From positions 1 to 34,361 of the forward strand of contig JAAPAO010000382.1 of NCBI GenBank assembly GCA_013115145.1: a DNA stretch of 34,361 nt, in the 5' to 3' direction. The stretch is from Perkinsus chesapeaki ATCC PRA-425 (Eukaryota > Protista > Perkinsozoa). Under the pieces are notes generated by a model. The model saw nothing but the letters and a program-made list of their open reading frames with translations, was not told the origin of the DNA and made no database searches. Positions 1 through 10,097 of this stretch are shown here, piece by piece. A program made the position numbers and the translations under genes. How positions within the stretch are numbered: position 1 is the stretch's first letter; each line of letters begins with the position of its first letter.

Positions 1-153
1 CGTCGGGCCGTTTCTCCTAGAGGGGCGGAGCGATGTAAAATATACAGTGACATTATCTTCATATGCCCTACAGTCCACTGAAACACAACCCACCAATTCG
101 TTATTGCAAGCATTGGCTAGCACGTGAATCACGATCATGCTAGTCTACGAATC

Positions 154-2793
154 TCAATGAACAACATGACGTGCAATCTGAGCAAGAACGCCCGGAATGG
201 AATCAACGGCACGCCCTGCCTCGCTGCTTAAAGCCTTCAACTGACAATTTAATGTAAGCCAAACTAGTTATTATCTTAATTGCGGAGGCTTACTTCTGCT
301 CTGGTGCTAATTTCATCGTGAGCAATAAAGTCTTCCACTCTGTTGAGAAGGGCCTCTGCTTTTTCTGACTCTGGATTCTTATTGGCGGTCTCCAGGAATG
401 AAGAAAAGTCATCTCCGGTCGTGGCGGTGGCAAGGGATATTTCCTGAACCAAGCTCATTTGCGAGGGGTTTATTATTGATGCGCCCACTGACCTTATGAA
501 GCTTTTTCAAATCTTGCTGCATTTGATCCTTAAGGTCCTTGATTTTCGCATCATCCTTGGCATCCCTCTCCTTCTGGGTCTTCATCAGAGAGTTCAGTTC
601 ATCATCCTCGGGGCCGCCGATAGGGGCCTATCAAGAAACAGTTCCAGTGGAAAGCTACAACTAAAGCAAGAAGGCGGGGGACTGAACGACTATAGCAGGA
701 TGCTACATTTCACAGTATTCAACTATCTTACGTTCCTCAGTTTCTCGGCTTCTGCTTCCCACTTTCTGTCGAGTGCCTTGATAGCATCGGCTTCCCTTTG
801 CGGATCGTAGCTAGAGGCCTCCATGAAACTGCTTGTGCCGTCCTCTCCCTCTAATCTCGACTTCAGTGCATTGCTAGCTTCCAGCTGAAATGGCGCATCA
901 ACAGCGACATCAACTGGCAAATAGCACAACGTACGTCAGCCTTAGATTCGGCGATAAGGGAAGCACTAGACTCTTTCACCTTCTGCATCGATTCATTAAA
1001 TTCCTCTTTAAGCCGTGCGACATCTCTTTGTTCCTTCTTCATTTCGTCAGTTTCCTGAATAACAACAACAATCTAAACACGTTCAGGGTTGAAAATTAAC
1101 GTACGGCGAAGGTCACTGGTGACCACTCTAAGAAAGATTCAGTCTTTTGCTTGTTGCCTGTGTCTTCCTTGTTATCGTCCTTGTCGTCCTCCTCCTTGTC
1201 GTCATTTGTCTCCTCATTCTTGGGATCTTTCTCCTTTGTAGATTTGTCATTCTCCTNNNNNNNNNNNNNNNNNNNNNNNNNNNNNNNNNNNNNNNNNNNN
1301 NNNNNNNNNNNNNNNNNNNNNNNNNNNNNNNNNNNNNNNNNNNNNNNNNNNNNNNTTGAGGCTTGCCACGGGCTGCTTCTTCTTATCCTCAGTGTCATTC
1401 TCCTTGAGGCTTGCCACGGGCTGCTTCTTCTTATCCTCAGTGTCATTCTCCTTGAGGCTTGCCACGGGCTGCTTCTTATCCTCAGTGTCATTCTCCTTGA
1501 GGCTTGTCACGGGCTGCTTCGTCTCATCTTCGGCATTCTTCTTCTCCTCGGCCTTCTGTCCATTTTGAGGAATGTCAGGGAGGCCAGCTGCTTCTCTAGC
1601 TTTATTCAGCTTCGCCTTGAACCTGTATTTTCCACATCAATATTCACAGCTTCTTTACGCCGATGACTCACTGTTGAAGCCACACGCCGAATCGGGCCTT
1701 GGAGGCAGCAGCAATCCCTGTGCCAGACTCGACGCCGTTCTCAGTCTCAAGGAAAGAAAGTCCGGGCAGCACGTTTGAGGAGTCCATTCCGATCGGGTCG
1801 AGCAGAGGGCTGGACGCTACCGGCGGAGCGGCTGGGCTTATGTCACCGAGGTCGATCTTGGCATTAGCTTCTTTTTGCTTCTCCAGCTCGGCTTGCTCCG
1901 AGGCCAATAACTTCTTCTGGGCAGCTATATCAGCATCGAGCTTACTTATCTGGAATACGATATCTCATCGAGAGCGGTGTGTGGGCGGCGGCGATGTAAA
2001 CCTACCCCTTCCTGTGCCATACTCAGGCCTCTCTCTGCGGCATCGGTGTTAGCATCCTCTGCACTCATAGCATTGCCACCGTTGTCGAGGAAGTATCCAA
2101 TATCCTTAGCCTCGAGGAATGAAGAAGAAGATCTATCCTTCTTCTCTGTCTCGGAAGCAACACCTAGAGCAGGTTAAGGTATTGTAGAAATTGCGATCTT
2201 ACGATCAATGGCTTGCGAACTGTTGAGGAGCCTTTGTGCGAACTCCTTTGCCTTTTCAGCCGCCCTGCGTAGGGGAGCGAAGATATCCTGTCCGTCTTTG
2301 CCCTGCATGAAGCTGCTTAGTGGGGGAGGGGCTAAAACCGAGCATGGTGCCCATCTACATACGATATCCAACATTCATTGCTTCTTACTTGGTATATTTA
2401 TCTTCTCGGAGGCTATCTCTTTAAGATGAGCTTCAGTCTTTTCAAGAGCCCTGACAATACACTTATATACCCAAACGTCTCATTGCTCCTCACTGATCCT
2501 CAAAGTCTTCATTTTGCTTCAACAGTTCCAAATCCTTCTTCTGCTCTGCTGTGCCCTTATCGAGATCGCTGGTCAGAGCGCCAATTTGTTCGTGAACCTG
2601 GCGAGAGGAGGCTGGATTCCTCTGCCGCGAGGTGCCAATTCACCTCCTTGAGAAGCTCTTCTGATTTCTTCTTGCTAGCTTCTAGAATTCTATCGGCAAG
2701 TCCAGTCTTAGAGGAAACGGCCGCGTTGATTTCTGTGGCCAGCGCCAAAGGGACTGTAGAGGTGGTAACGATAAAAGTGATCAAGGTGCGCAT
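154..2793 (-). CDS. Secreted coiled-coil polyprotein B with six S-Phi-X-[E/Q] motifs and an internal tandem repeat (about 11 exons; spans an assembly gap)
   Basis: ATG 2793 begins a signal-peptide-like MRTLITFIVTTSTVPLALA. GT-AG splicing of introns that are mostly ~39-57 nt (one ~110 nt) joins the ORF-track fragments into one frame ending ...IARHVVH-TGA (154-156). K/E/Q/A/L-rich helical segments are separated by SFMQ, SFLE, SFLE, SFLE, SFME and SFLE. The gene is an exon-for-exon paralog of the upstream gene. Confidence 0.8.
1257..1355. other. Assembly gap (99 N) inside a coding tandem-repeat array
   Basis: Run of Ns. Both flanks match the repeat unit (gtcattctcct on the left, ttgaggc on the right), so the array is probably collapsed. 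Confidence 0.9.
1356..1520 (-). repeat. Coding minisatellite, 48-nt unit (SLKENDTEDKKKQPVA) with one 45-nt variant; at least 3.5 copies
   Basis: Units at 1356-1403, 1404-1451, 1452-1496 (45 nt) and a partial unit at 1497-1520. They are contiguous, have no spacers and are in frame in gene B. Confidence 0.95.
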
Positions 2794-2952
2794 TGCTTGT
2801 TATCAGAGTAATTGGGGGTAATAGCTGCCACCATTCGATACCCTAACTCTTATTGACAACATAAAGCCTATACATGTTGACTATTTAACACCCTTTGGTG
2901 GCATGTAAATGCACATCGGTGCTGTTACTGCCTATACCGGTGATCATGACGA

Positions 2953-5900
2953 CTAGGAGGAATACTCCTGACTCAGCTTCTTAGCCAGGGCATCCAGCTG
3001 CGCCATAGCCATTGTTAAGTTCTTTGGGAGGGTTACCTGTAACAGCTGCATCCTATTCGTATTCTCTTCTACAACAGCAATTACCTGTCGGTGAGCCACC
3101 TGAATGAGGGAGCCCGGTTGTTGACCACCAGTGGTCTTCATCTCATCCTCAATCTCTCTCTGTTCCTCCCTATTCCTGGCCATATCAGCATCGAGCTCTG
3201 CCTTCAGCTTTTCTAGTTGGGAATGAGCTCGTGATTGTGAGCCTATCTCCAAAAAGGAGGAGGCTCCAATGTCAGTGTCTTTAGCCTTCGCCATCTTGTT
3301 CTCCTGTAGGATATCCTGACACAAGAACCCGCTATTCCCACGCTTCTATGGGGCTGATGAGCGTCCTCACAGATTTTAGTGAGACCAACGCCTTCTCCAA
3401 CTCTTCGTCGACAGCTTTAGCATGCTCTTCCGCCTTGGTCTTCTCCTTTTCAATGGCCTCCAGTTTGGCATCGCTGGTGGCCGGGACTTGATCGACAGGA
3501 GCAGCCTAAAACCAGAACACGGTATTCTAAATACGATCGTTCCCCACCGTACCGAAATCTTTTTAGCCTCCGCATCCCACTTAGCATGTAGGGATCGAAC
3601 CTCTTCATTCGCCTTCTCCAGATTGAAGTGCATCGGTTGAGTTTGTTCAACAAATGAAGGGCCAGCGGCAGCAGTAGCATTGCCCTGACATTTTGCCCTC
3701 ATACATCAGCCATTTCATTTATACATCAATCTTATTTCCCACCTGAGGTGCTTCAGTCTGGTTTATCTTTTGAGCGCTCTTGAGCATTTTGATTAGCTCC
3801 CTGGTCTTCTCTGCCTCTTTATGTATAGCATTACGTACATCCTCTACACTCTAAGACACAACACACCCATCCTACAACGCTGTCCTACTCCGATTGGGCT
3901 TACCATCGAGTTTTCTAGGAAAGAGGAGGAGCTTGACTCGTCATCATCTTCCTCATCGGGCTTCTTAGACTTTGTACTGCGTGCAGCCAATACACGTTGG
4001 TGGTCCTCCTGCATATACCTCTCAAGCCTAAAATACAGCGCAAGTCTCTCCCTCAGCCTCTCTGCCTCAGCAACAACAACAACAACGCCACTCACTCGCT
4101 AACCCAATCCCCTTGCTCTTTGGTCTTATCTCCTATTTGCAAGAATGAGGCGCCGCTGCCCTCGTCCTCGTCATCATCATTCCCCCTCCTGGCAGTGAAG
4201 CGTAGTCGTCCATGCTGCCCACCATGGGAGTCCCGCGCTAGCAGACTCCTCCACTCAGCTGCTTGCTCCTCAAGACTGAAGACAGGATCCCTACTATGCT
4301 CCTTCACAATCGGTTTAGCCTACTCAGTCTCCCAATCGCGCTTCTTAGCAGCCTCCTCCACCAAGGAGAGGCCCTCTATGCTTCCATCGGCAAGGTTATG
4401 CACCTTGGGCCGCTTGCTGGACTGCTTATCCTGGCGCTCCTCAATAGCCAACTGCCTAGCTTCATCTCGTACACTTCGTTCTAGTTGGTTAAGCTAACAA
4501 ATAGCAGTGAAACGTTATTAACAGTCATGCTGCCATACTGCATCATTGGCCTTTGTAAGATGCTTCTCTGTCCTCTCCTCATCGACGCTCTCTGCCTTCA
4601 TAGCGCTGGCGAACTCGTTATCTTCATTGTCGACAACTGTCCCAGCCTTCTCTTGAATTAATGAGAACCCACTTGTTGATGGTGTGGTGGTTACTGAAAT
4701 GTCACCAGCTTGATCACCAGATGCACCATAAAGCCCTACTTTTCCCTTCAGCCGCCGCATCCAATTCTTCTTGTTCTTTCTTCATCTCATCAGCAAAGCT
4801 CTGAGCCTTTCGTGCTACATTCCTCAATGGTTCGAGGAAATCAGGTATGTTGCCCTCCATGAAGCTGGAGGCCAGTGAAGATGGAGTAGTGGCTGTTGTG
4901 GTATCATTGCTTAGACCTGCTCAAATACCCACCACTTACTTGGGTCCTCCATCGCCTTGGCCTCCAGCGCCTCGTATCGTTTCTCGTCAGCCTCCAGTTT
5001 CCTAACATAACGTCCATACCAAGGAGGTACCAAGATGTAAGATTCTTTACTTGTTATCGTCGGCCTTCTGCTTCTCTAGTTTAGCAATCCCTTGTTGCTC
5101 ATCCGCTTGAGTCTTCTCCATCTGGACGTTGAGGCTCTTCATTTGCTGATGCACCTATCGCAAAAGTTATCCAGTTCGCCCTCATGGGCATGAACTCACC
5201 TTGTGGAGGATCTCATCGGTTTTCTGCCGGCTGCTTTCGAATGCCTTCTGCGCTTCAGCCTCAGTCATATGCCCCTCAGCATGGCTTACTACTCCTCCCG
5301 ACAGCTGCAGGAGAGAGCTCGGCCGAGCACGAGATGCAATAGAATCAATGTCATCCTTAATGTTAACGAAGGAAGTTGTCTCTCCCTGATATGCATGTCC
5401 ACCAAGGTAACGCTTGTCGATCCAACCTTGAGGCAGTTAGCCTTCTCTGCACAGGCCAAAAGATTCTTCTTCACCACATCCAAGCCCATAAGCTTATCTG
5501 TACACTTCTGGGCATCAGTCTTATCCTTGCGAGCGGAGTTGATCTCGAGGCAGGAGAACACCGCGTTGCACTCGGGGTCTGAGATTAACACCGCCACCAT
5601 CCCAGTGTGTAACATAATAAATGGTGGGGTGTTAACTTACTTTCATCACAAGAATAGAGCTCCGCTGCGCAGTGATCTTTGAGGCATGATGGTACCATAG
5701 ATTGGATAGACAACTTAGCCTTCTCTAAAGGCATGTTATTAACGAGAGAGACATCCTGTACAACGGCATCATCAGACGGTATGTCTTTAGTGGCGGCGAG
5801 CTCAGCCGGGTCTTGCCTGATCAAGTGGTTGCCGAGGTGGAGGCCGTGACTTATATCGTCTTACTTAACAACTCGTTCACAGCCAAAGTCTTGAGCACAT

Positions 5901-6420
5901 TTGAGCAGGGAACCCTCGGTAGGGCTCTCCTCGGCCGCTGTGATACCTTCAAGGGAGGCATGATAGATACGGTAGCTGTACACATCAGCTAACCATCAGT
6001 GCAGATGTCTGCTCCCCTCTCTCTTCTGGCAGCTCGAGCAAAGTTAAGGGCCTTGGATGCAGTAGGTGAGAGCTGAGTAGGGAGAGGCAACAGTAATCTT
6101 ACCGGAAAACAGTTCTACGAATCTATGATCCGCCTACCTTGTTGGGTATGTGATCCTTCTTTTCTAAACTCTCCTCGTTCTGCTCCTCATGCCATAGGCA
6201 GAGCAACATTACTCCACACTGAGACTGTTGTACTCCCTTCTTGTCCCTAAGAGATGACCATAAGCTGCCTCCTTCTCGAGGACGCTAGTTTGTGTACTTG
6301 TTAAACTCGGGATCAAGACTGGTATCAGCCTCCATAAGGCAGGTATTGAGAGCAGTGCTGCAGTGTTGTTCCATACACTGAACTCCAAAGTAGCGGCCAC
6401 CTCCAGCGGCTAACTCTGCA
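2953..6420 (-). CDS. Coiled-coil polyprotein A: two 8-Cys domains followed by helical modules split by nine S-Phi-X-[E/Q] motifs (5' end unresolved, upstream of 6420)
   Basis: About 16 canonical GT-AG introns keep one frame open from ...VAELAAGGGRYFGVQCMEQHC to ...KKLSQEYSS-TAG (2953-2955). Motifs are SLLQ, SFME, SLIQ, SLVE, SFLQ, SFLE, SFVE, SFLE and SLIQ. Candidate starts are ATG 6566 (tag|ctATG) or a signal-like exon MQHVLLTSTIYLYTALA at 6971-6921 followed by GTAAG. I could not link either start unambiguously. Confidence 0.75.
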
Positions 6421-6971
6421 ACCTGACCAGAGTGAGCTCTAAAATGAGGGCTATGTTCCTATATTACGGAAGCGGAGGGCCAAGGGACTAGTTCAGCGGC
6501 GTTGAGTGCCTGAGGGGGACAAGGACTGACCGATCGCAGGGAAACGGGGCGCTCGAGGTGCCACATAGCTATTGGGGAATACGGCTTAATCGATGATGAT
6601 TACCATCTTTCCTTTTCGTAATGACGTGGTCGGTTGTGGATTAACCTGAAGTAAGATACCTTGGAACGCACTAGCCATCAGGGACTATTCAGAGCAAGGA
6701 GGCCGATATGCCATGTTTAACGAGGACGCCGCTAACCCGAGGTACTCAAATAATATTATTATACTTTCGTTGGCTATTTAAGTACGTTCCTGAAGGCTTA
6801 GGCGACGATTACTCTACAGCAGTCCACCAGACCAAGACTATATTCCACGGTATGATGAGGAATGACGGTATGGCTGGTGAAGCAGATAAGACCCTATCCC
6901 ATGGGACCCTCCAGTCTTACCGCTAGTGCTGTGTAGAGGTATATAGTGCTGGTCAGTAAGACGTGCTGCAT

Positions 6972-7229
6972 AGTTAAGTAACAGTAATCGGGTAATAGCT
7001 ACGAAAAAGCACACTAACCTAAATAGATTTAACCAACCCGGCGATCAGAGGAAGATGCGCTGACGAAGTCACGCGCCATAAAATTACGCGCACGCCCAAT
7101 AATGAATAATTCTGCGCTGCTGGTTGTATCACCGCACTAAACCTACGTGTAGAGTAACGTGATTATCGTTAGGACAATAGTTAGGTAAAGTGACGTGGTG
7201 GTAGTTGTTGACTGCTGGCCATCTTCTAT
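6972..7229. promoter_or_regulatory. Divergent strand-switch region / candidate bidirectional promoter
   Basis: Non-coding stretch between the minus-strand block and PEX19. It contains CGCG-rich words (acgcgcc 7071, cgcgcacgccc 7087) in AT-rich sequence. Confidence 0.45.
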
Positions 7230-8492
7230 ATGCCCACCAATACTGATATACTTGATCCATCCGATGAACTAGATGATCTAATAGAATCCACATTAAAGGA
7301 GATGGATGATGTTAAGGCAGAGGAATCCAAAGGTACCTGTGTCTCTGTAGTGTAGATCGTTATGCCTATGATCAGCAGGCGATGGACATTCTAGCAGCAG
7401 CAGTCAGGGACCTGATAGGCAGCAGCAGGAAGTTGGTGTGAGCCGTCTTGAACAAAGCCTTAATGAGTTAGTCAAGGGCTTGGAGGAAAGTGCCAAACAT
7501 GAGGGTAGTGGTGGTTGGTAAGCATGTTTATGCAGACTATCTAGTAGGGTCGTCTGATGATGAGGACCTCCGTAAGCTAATGGAGGCTATGAAGAAGTTA
7601 GACTTAGGGGATGATGAGGAATTTATGAAGGAGATTAATGGCCTTACTAAAGGTAATAGAAGGCTAAAGGCAATTAGGAACAGTACCTGCTTTAACAAGC
7701 ATCTTGGTCGCTGAATAGCTTGAACTGCTTTAGGCATGTTTGCCAAAGAAGCGATACGAGAACCTGTGGTTAAAATAAGGGATGAGTTAGAAGTGTTCAT
7801 CACATCTGATGGAGGCAAGAAGTTGCCTAAAGACGAACAGGAACGGTAGTGCTAAACATCACTTAAAGCGTTGGAGCGTAACTCACTCTTTTAGGTGTAG
7901 CATGATATTAAGGAAATACAATGCTGTCCTTGAAGTTTACGACAATTCCAACGGAGATCAGCTTACGGATTCAGAACAGGAGGAGGTAAGCTTTATAGCG
8001 GGATTGGCGGTAGATAGTCGTCTGGCAGGCATCTCGGTTGTTTGGAGAGCTCCAGGCCTTGGGACCGCCCCCAGAGGTTGTCGTGGAGAAATTAGTACCG
8101 CCGGCATCAGCGTCCTCTAGTAGTAAGAATACACAGTCTGGTGCTGCTGCTCCAGCTAGTAAGGAGGATGCAGAGGAGTTTGCTCAGTTTTTAAAGGGGG
8201 TAAGTTGTTGTTGTATTCCACTAGCAGGGGGTATATTACTTTATGTTACTAGATGGGGTTCGGTGATGACTCTAGTGGTCCTGGTATGGATGAAGAGTCA
8301 GCTAAAGTGATGAAGGAAATGATAGATAATCCTGGTATAGTCCTAACTGTACTCCTCCTAGTCCATAATATCATCTTAGATTTACTCCGTCAAATGATGG
8401 GTGACCTCGATAAAGCTATGCAGGATGTTGGCAAGAGTGGTGGTGATAAACAGCAGCAGCAGCAGCAGCCTCCACAATGTTGTATTATGTAA
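7230..8492 (+). CDS. PEX19: Peroxin 19 (PMP receptor/chaperone), multi-exon
   Basis: The N-terminal DELDDLIESTLKEMD resembles the PEX3-binding helix. The spliced core MFAKEAIREPVVKIRDEL...YNAVLEVYD...LFGELQALGPPPEVV matches the Pex19 helical domain (LQxLGxPP). The protein ends in the CaaX box CCIM-stop. Confidence 0.85.
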
Positions 8493-8658
8493 ATATTATT
8501 GCTATTATTACCGTATTATCAATTTGTAAGTTCCTAAAGTAGGATTCACGATGTTTCATTATTCCTCAATGCTCAGAGTTAATATCTTAATTTATTGGCG
8601 CGCGGGAATGGATTGCCCCACAGTGGCTGTATCTTACGCTTGTCTTAACTATCATATC

Positions 8659-10083
8659 ATGCAGCGCCGTGTGGCGGGTACACTGTGTCCCTCCCAGATC
8701 AGAGCAGTAGCCGCCTTGCGCTCCGGTCTGCACCCTCGTGTACCTAGGGACCAGCTCTCAGCTGTCGACGGTACCTTGTTCCGAGGGCTCTGGCGTATAG
8801 CACGGTTCTTCGACAAGAACCCTGCCTATAAATCATTGATCACTAATGCCTATAGGACAGTCGATGAGAAGCAGGACCCTCTTTATACCGAAGCATTGAG
8901 GGCCTACTTAGCCGGTGCGGACTACTATGTGCCAGGGAAGCCGGTAGCAGTGCCAGGTCCAGATGGTCATCTAACCACGGCAACATGCGCATCTTTATCG
9001 GGCGGAGATAGCTTGGTCGACCTATTAAGAATGTGCTTCCGTGGTGACATCCACTCCACTGACTCCTGGTTCTCAGCTCTCCGTCACTTGTCTCGTATTA
9101 GAGCACTGTGCGATAAGGTGGCACTTGAGCCTTCGGTAAGTGGGGAGGTGCCGGCCTGGTTGAAGGGGGCTGTGGAGCCTTACTGGGGTCCAGTGCAGCC
9201 CGGGTTAGTACTACTAGCTCATCCGCTCTGTGAGGAGGGTACATGGACCCGGAGCGTCATCGTCATCACAGGCGGGGATAAGCCAGATGAGTCTCGCGGG
9301 CAGCACGGTTGGAGGCCCGATGGTCTGATAATCAATAGGAAGGTTGAGGAAGGCACTCGAGAGCTTCAAATCCTACGAGACCAGGCGGCGTTCTTTCGCA
9401 GTTTAAGGCGCAATAAGCGGGTCGGCCCTAGCTCACCACAAAGGCAGTCTCGAGCCGCACAGAGTGGTAAGGAGGGAGGAGGAAGTGGAAGTGAGGGAGA
9501 GGGGACAACGTGGATGTCGGATATGCATGGTAAACCTAAGGCACAGGAAGGGGCATTTATGACTGTATTATCGCATGTTACTAAGGACCCAACTAGATGG
9601 CAGTTTGGTGGGCCAGTAGCATCTGTTGAAGTTGTACATGAGAGTGTTGTCAGGGGTGTATCACCCTTACGTATAGGGCCTAATGAGACATCAATAGGAC
9701 TCTATCATGGTTGGAGGCAGAATGAGGATACTGAAGTGCTTACCGAAGTGGCTACACCACGGAGGACCTTTGTAGGGAAGGCCGCTTGGGAGCGAGGACA
9801 ATTGGAGAGGGAGATGAACTTAGGCGTTTGGTACCCTGTCCGTGTCACCAGTCCAGATGCCTTACGTACCATCATGCTCGGTAGGCATGACCTAACTCAA
9901 GATGGCCTTTGGGCCTCTATGGTCACTGAGTCTTGTGGCTCACCTGAGATGGCTAGACTTCCAGTCTCCGCTGCTAAAACAGTGCGGTCAGATGTTGACA
10001 TAGATTGGGGTTACTCAAGTGATAATGATGATGAAGAGTGGGGGAGTGCTGTAGCTAGTGAAGGTGGTGGGAGAGGCGTTTGA
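8659..10083 (+). CDS. Intronless DUF179 (YqgE/AlgH-like) protein with a mitochondrial-type presequence and LYR-like N-terminal segment
   Basis: DUF179 motifs: GLVLLAHP, RSVIVI, GLIINR, GGPV, FVGKAAWERGQLEREMNLGVW. The preferred start MQRRVAGTLCPSQIRAVAALRSG (8659) is Arg-rich and lacks acidic residues. The ORF track starts at 8551. Confidence 0.8.
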   Translation: MQRRVAGTLCPSQIRAVAALRSGLHPRVPRDQLSAVDGTLFRGLWRIARFFDKNPAYKSLITNAYRTVDEKQDPLYTEALRAYLAGADYYVPGKPVAVPGPDGHLTTATCASLSGGDSLVDLLRMCFRGDIHSTDSWFSALRHLSRIRALCDKVALEPSVSGEVPAWLKGAVEPYWGPVQPGLVLLAHPLCEEGTWTRSVIVITGGDKPDESRGQHGWRPDGLIINRKVEEGTRELQILRDQAAFFRSLRRNKRVGPSSPQRQSRAAQSGKEGGGSGSEGEGTTWMSDMHGKPKAQEGAFMTVLSHVTKDPTRWQFGGPVASVEVVHESVVRGVSPLRIGPNETSIGLYHGWRQNEDTEVLTEVATPRRTFVGKAAWERGQLEREMNLGVWYPVRVTSPDALRTIMLGRHDLTQDGLWASMVTESCGSPEMARLPVSAAKTVRSDVDIDWGYSSDNDDEEWGSAVASEGGGRGV

Positions 10084-10097
10084 TGACCGACCCTACC

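Noticed and set aside
1-62. Possible start of a further minus-strand gene (tag|ggcatATG, MKIMSLYILHRSAPLGETAR...)
   Set aside because: Only 20 codons are visible at the window edge, with no recognisable motif.
1356-1520. Direct repeats as a CRISPR array
   Set aside because: The units are contiguous with no spacers, are multiples of 3 nt and lie in frame in a eukaryotic coding exon.
6285-6287. In-frame TAG in gene A (and TAG 12321-12323 in the RAP gene) as stop-codon readthrough or recoding
   Set aside because: Both stops fall inside ordinary GT-AG introns (6247-6297 and 12320-12358) whose removal keeps the frame.
6440-6971. Competing readings: a plus-strand spliced ORF (...DYSEQGGRYAMFNEDAANPR|LRRRLLYSSPP...) versus the 5' exons of gene A
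   Set aside because: I could not build either into a complete, unambiguous model. The plus-strand version lacks a usable start outside gene A. Transcripts are needed.
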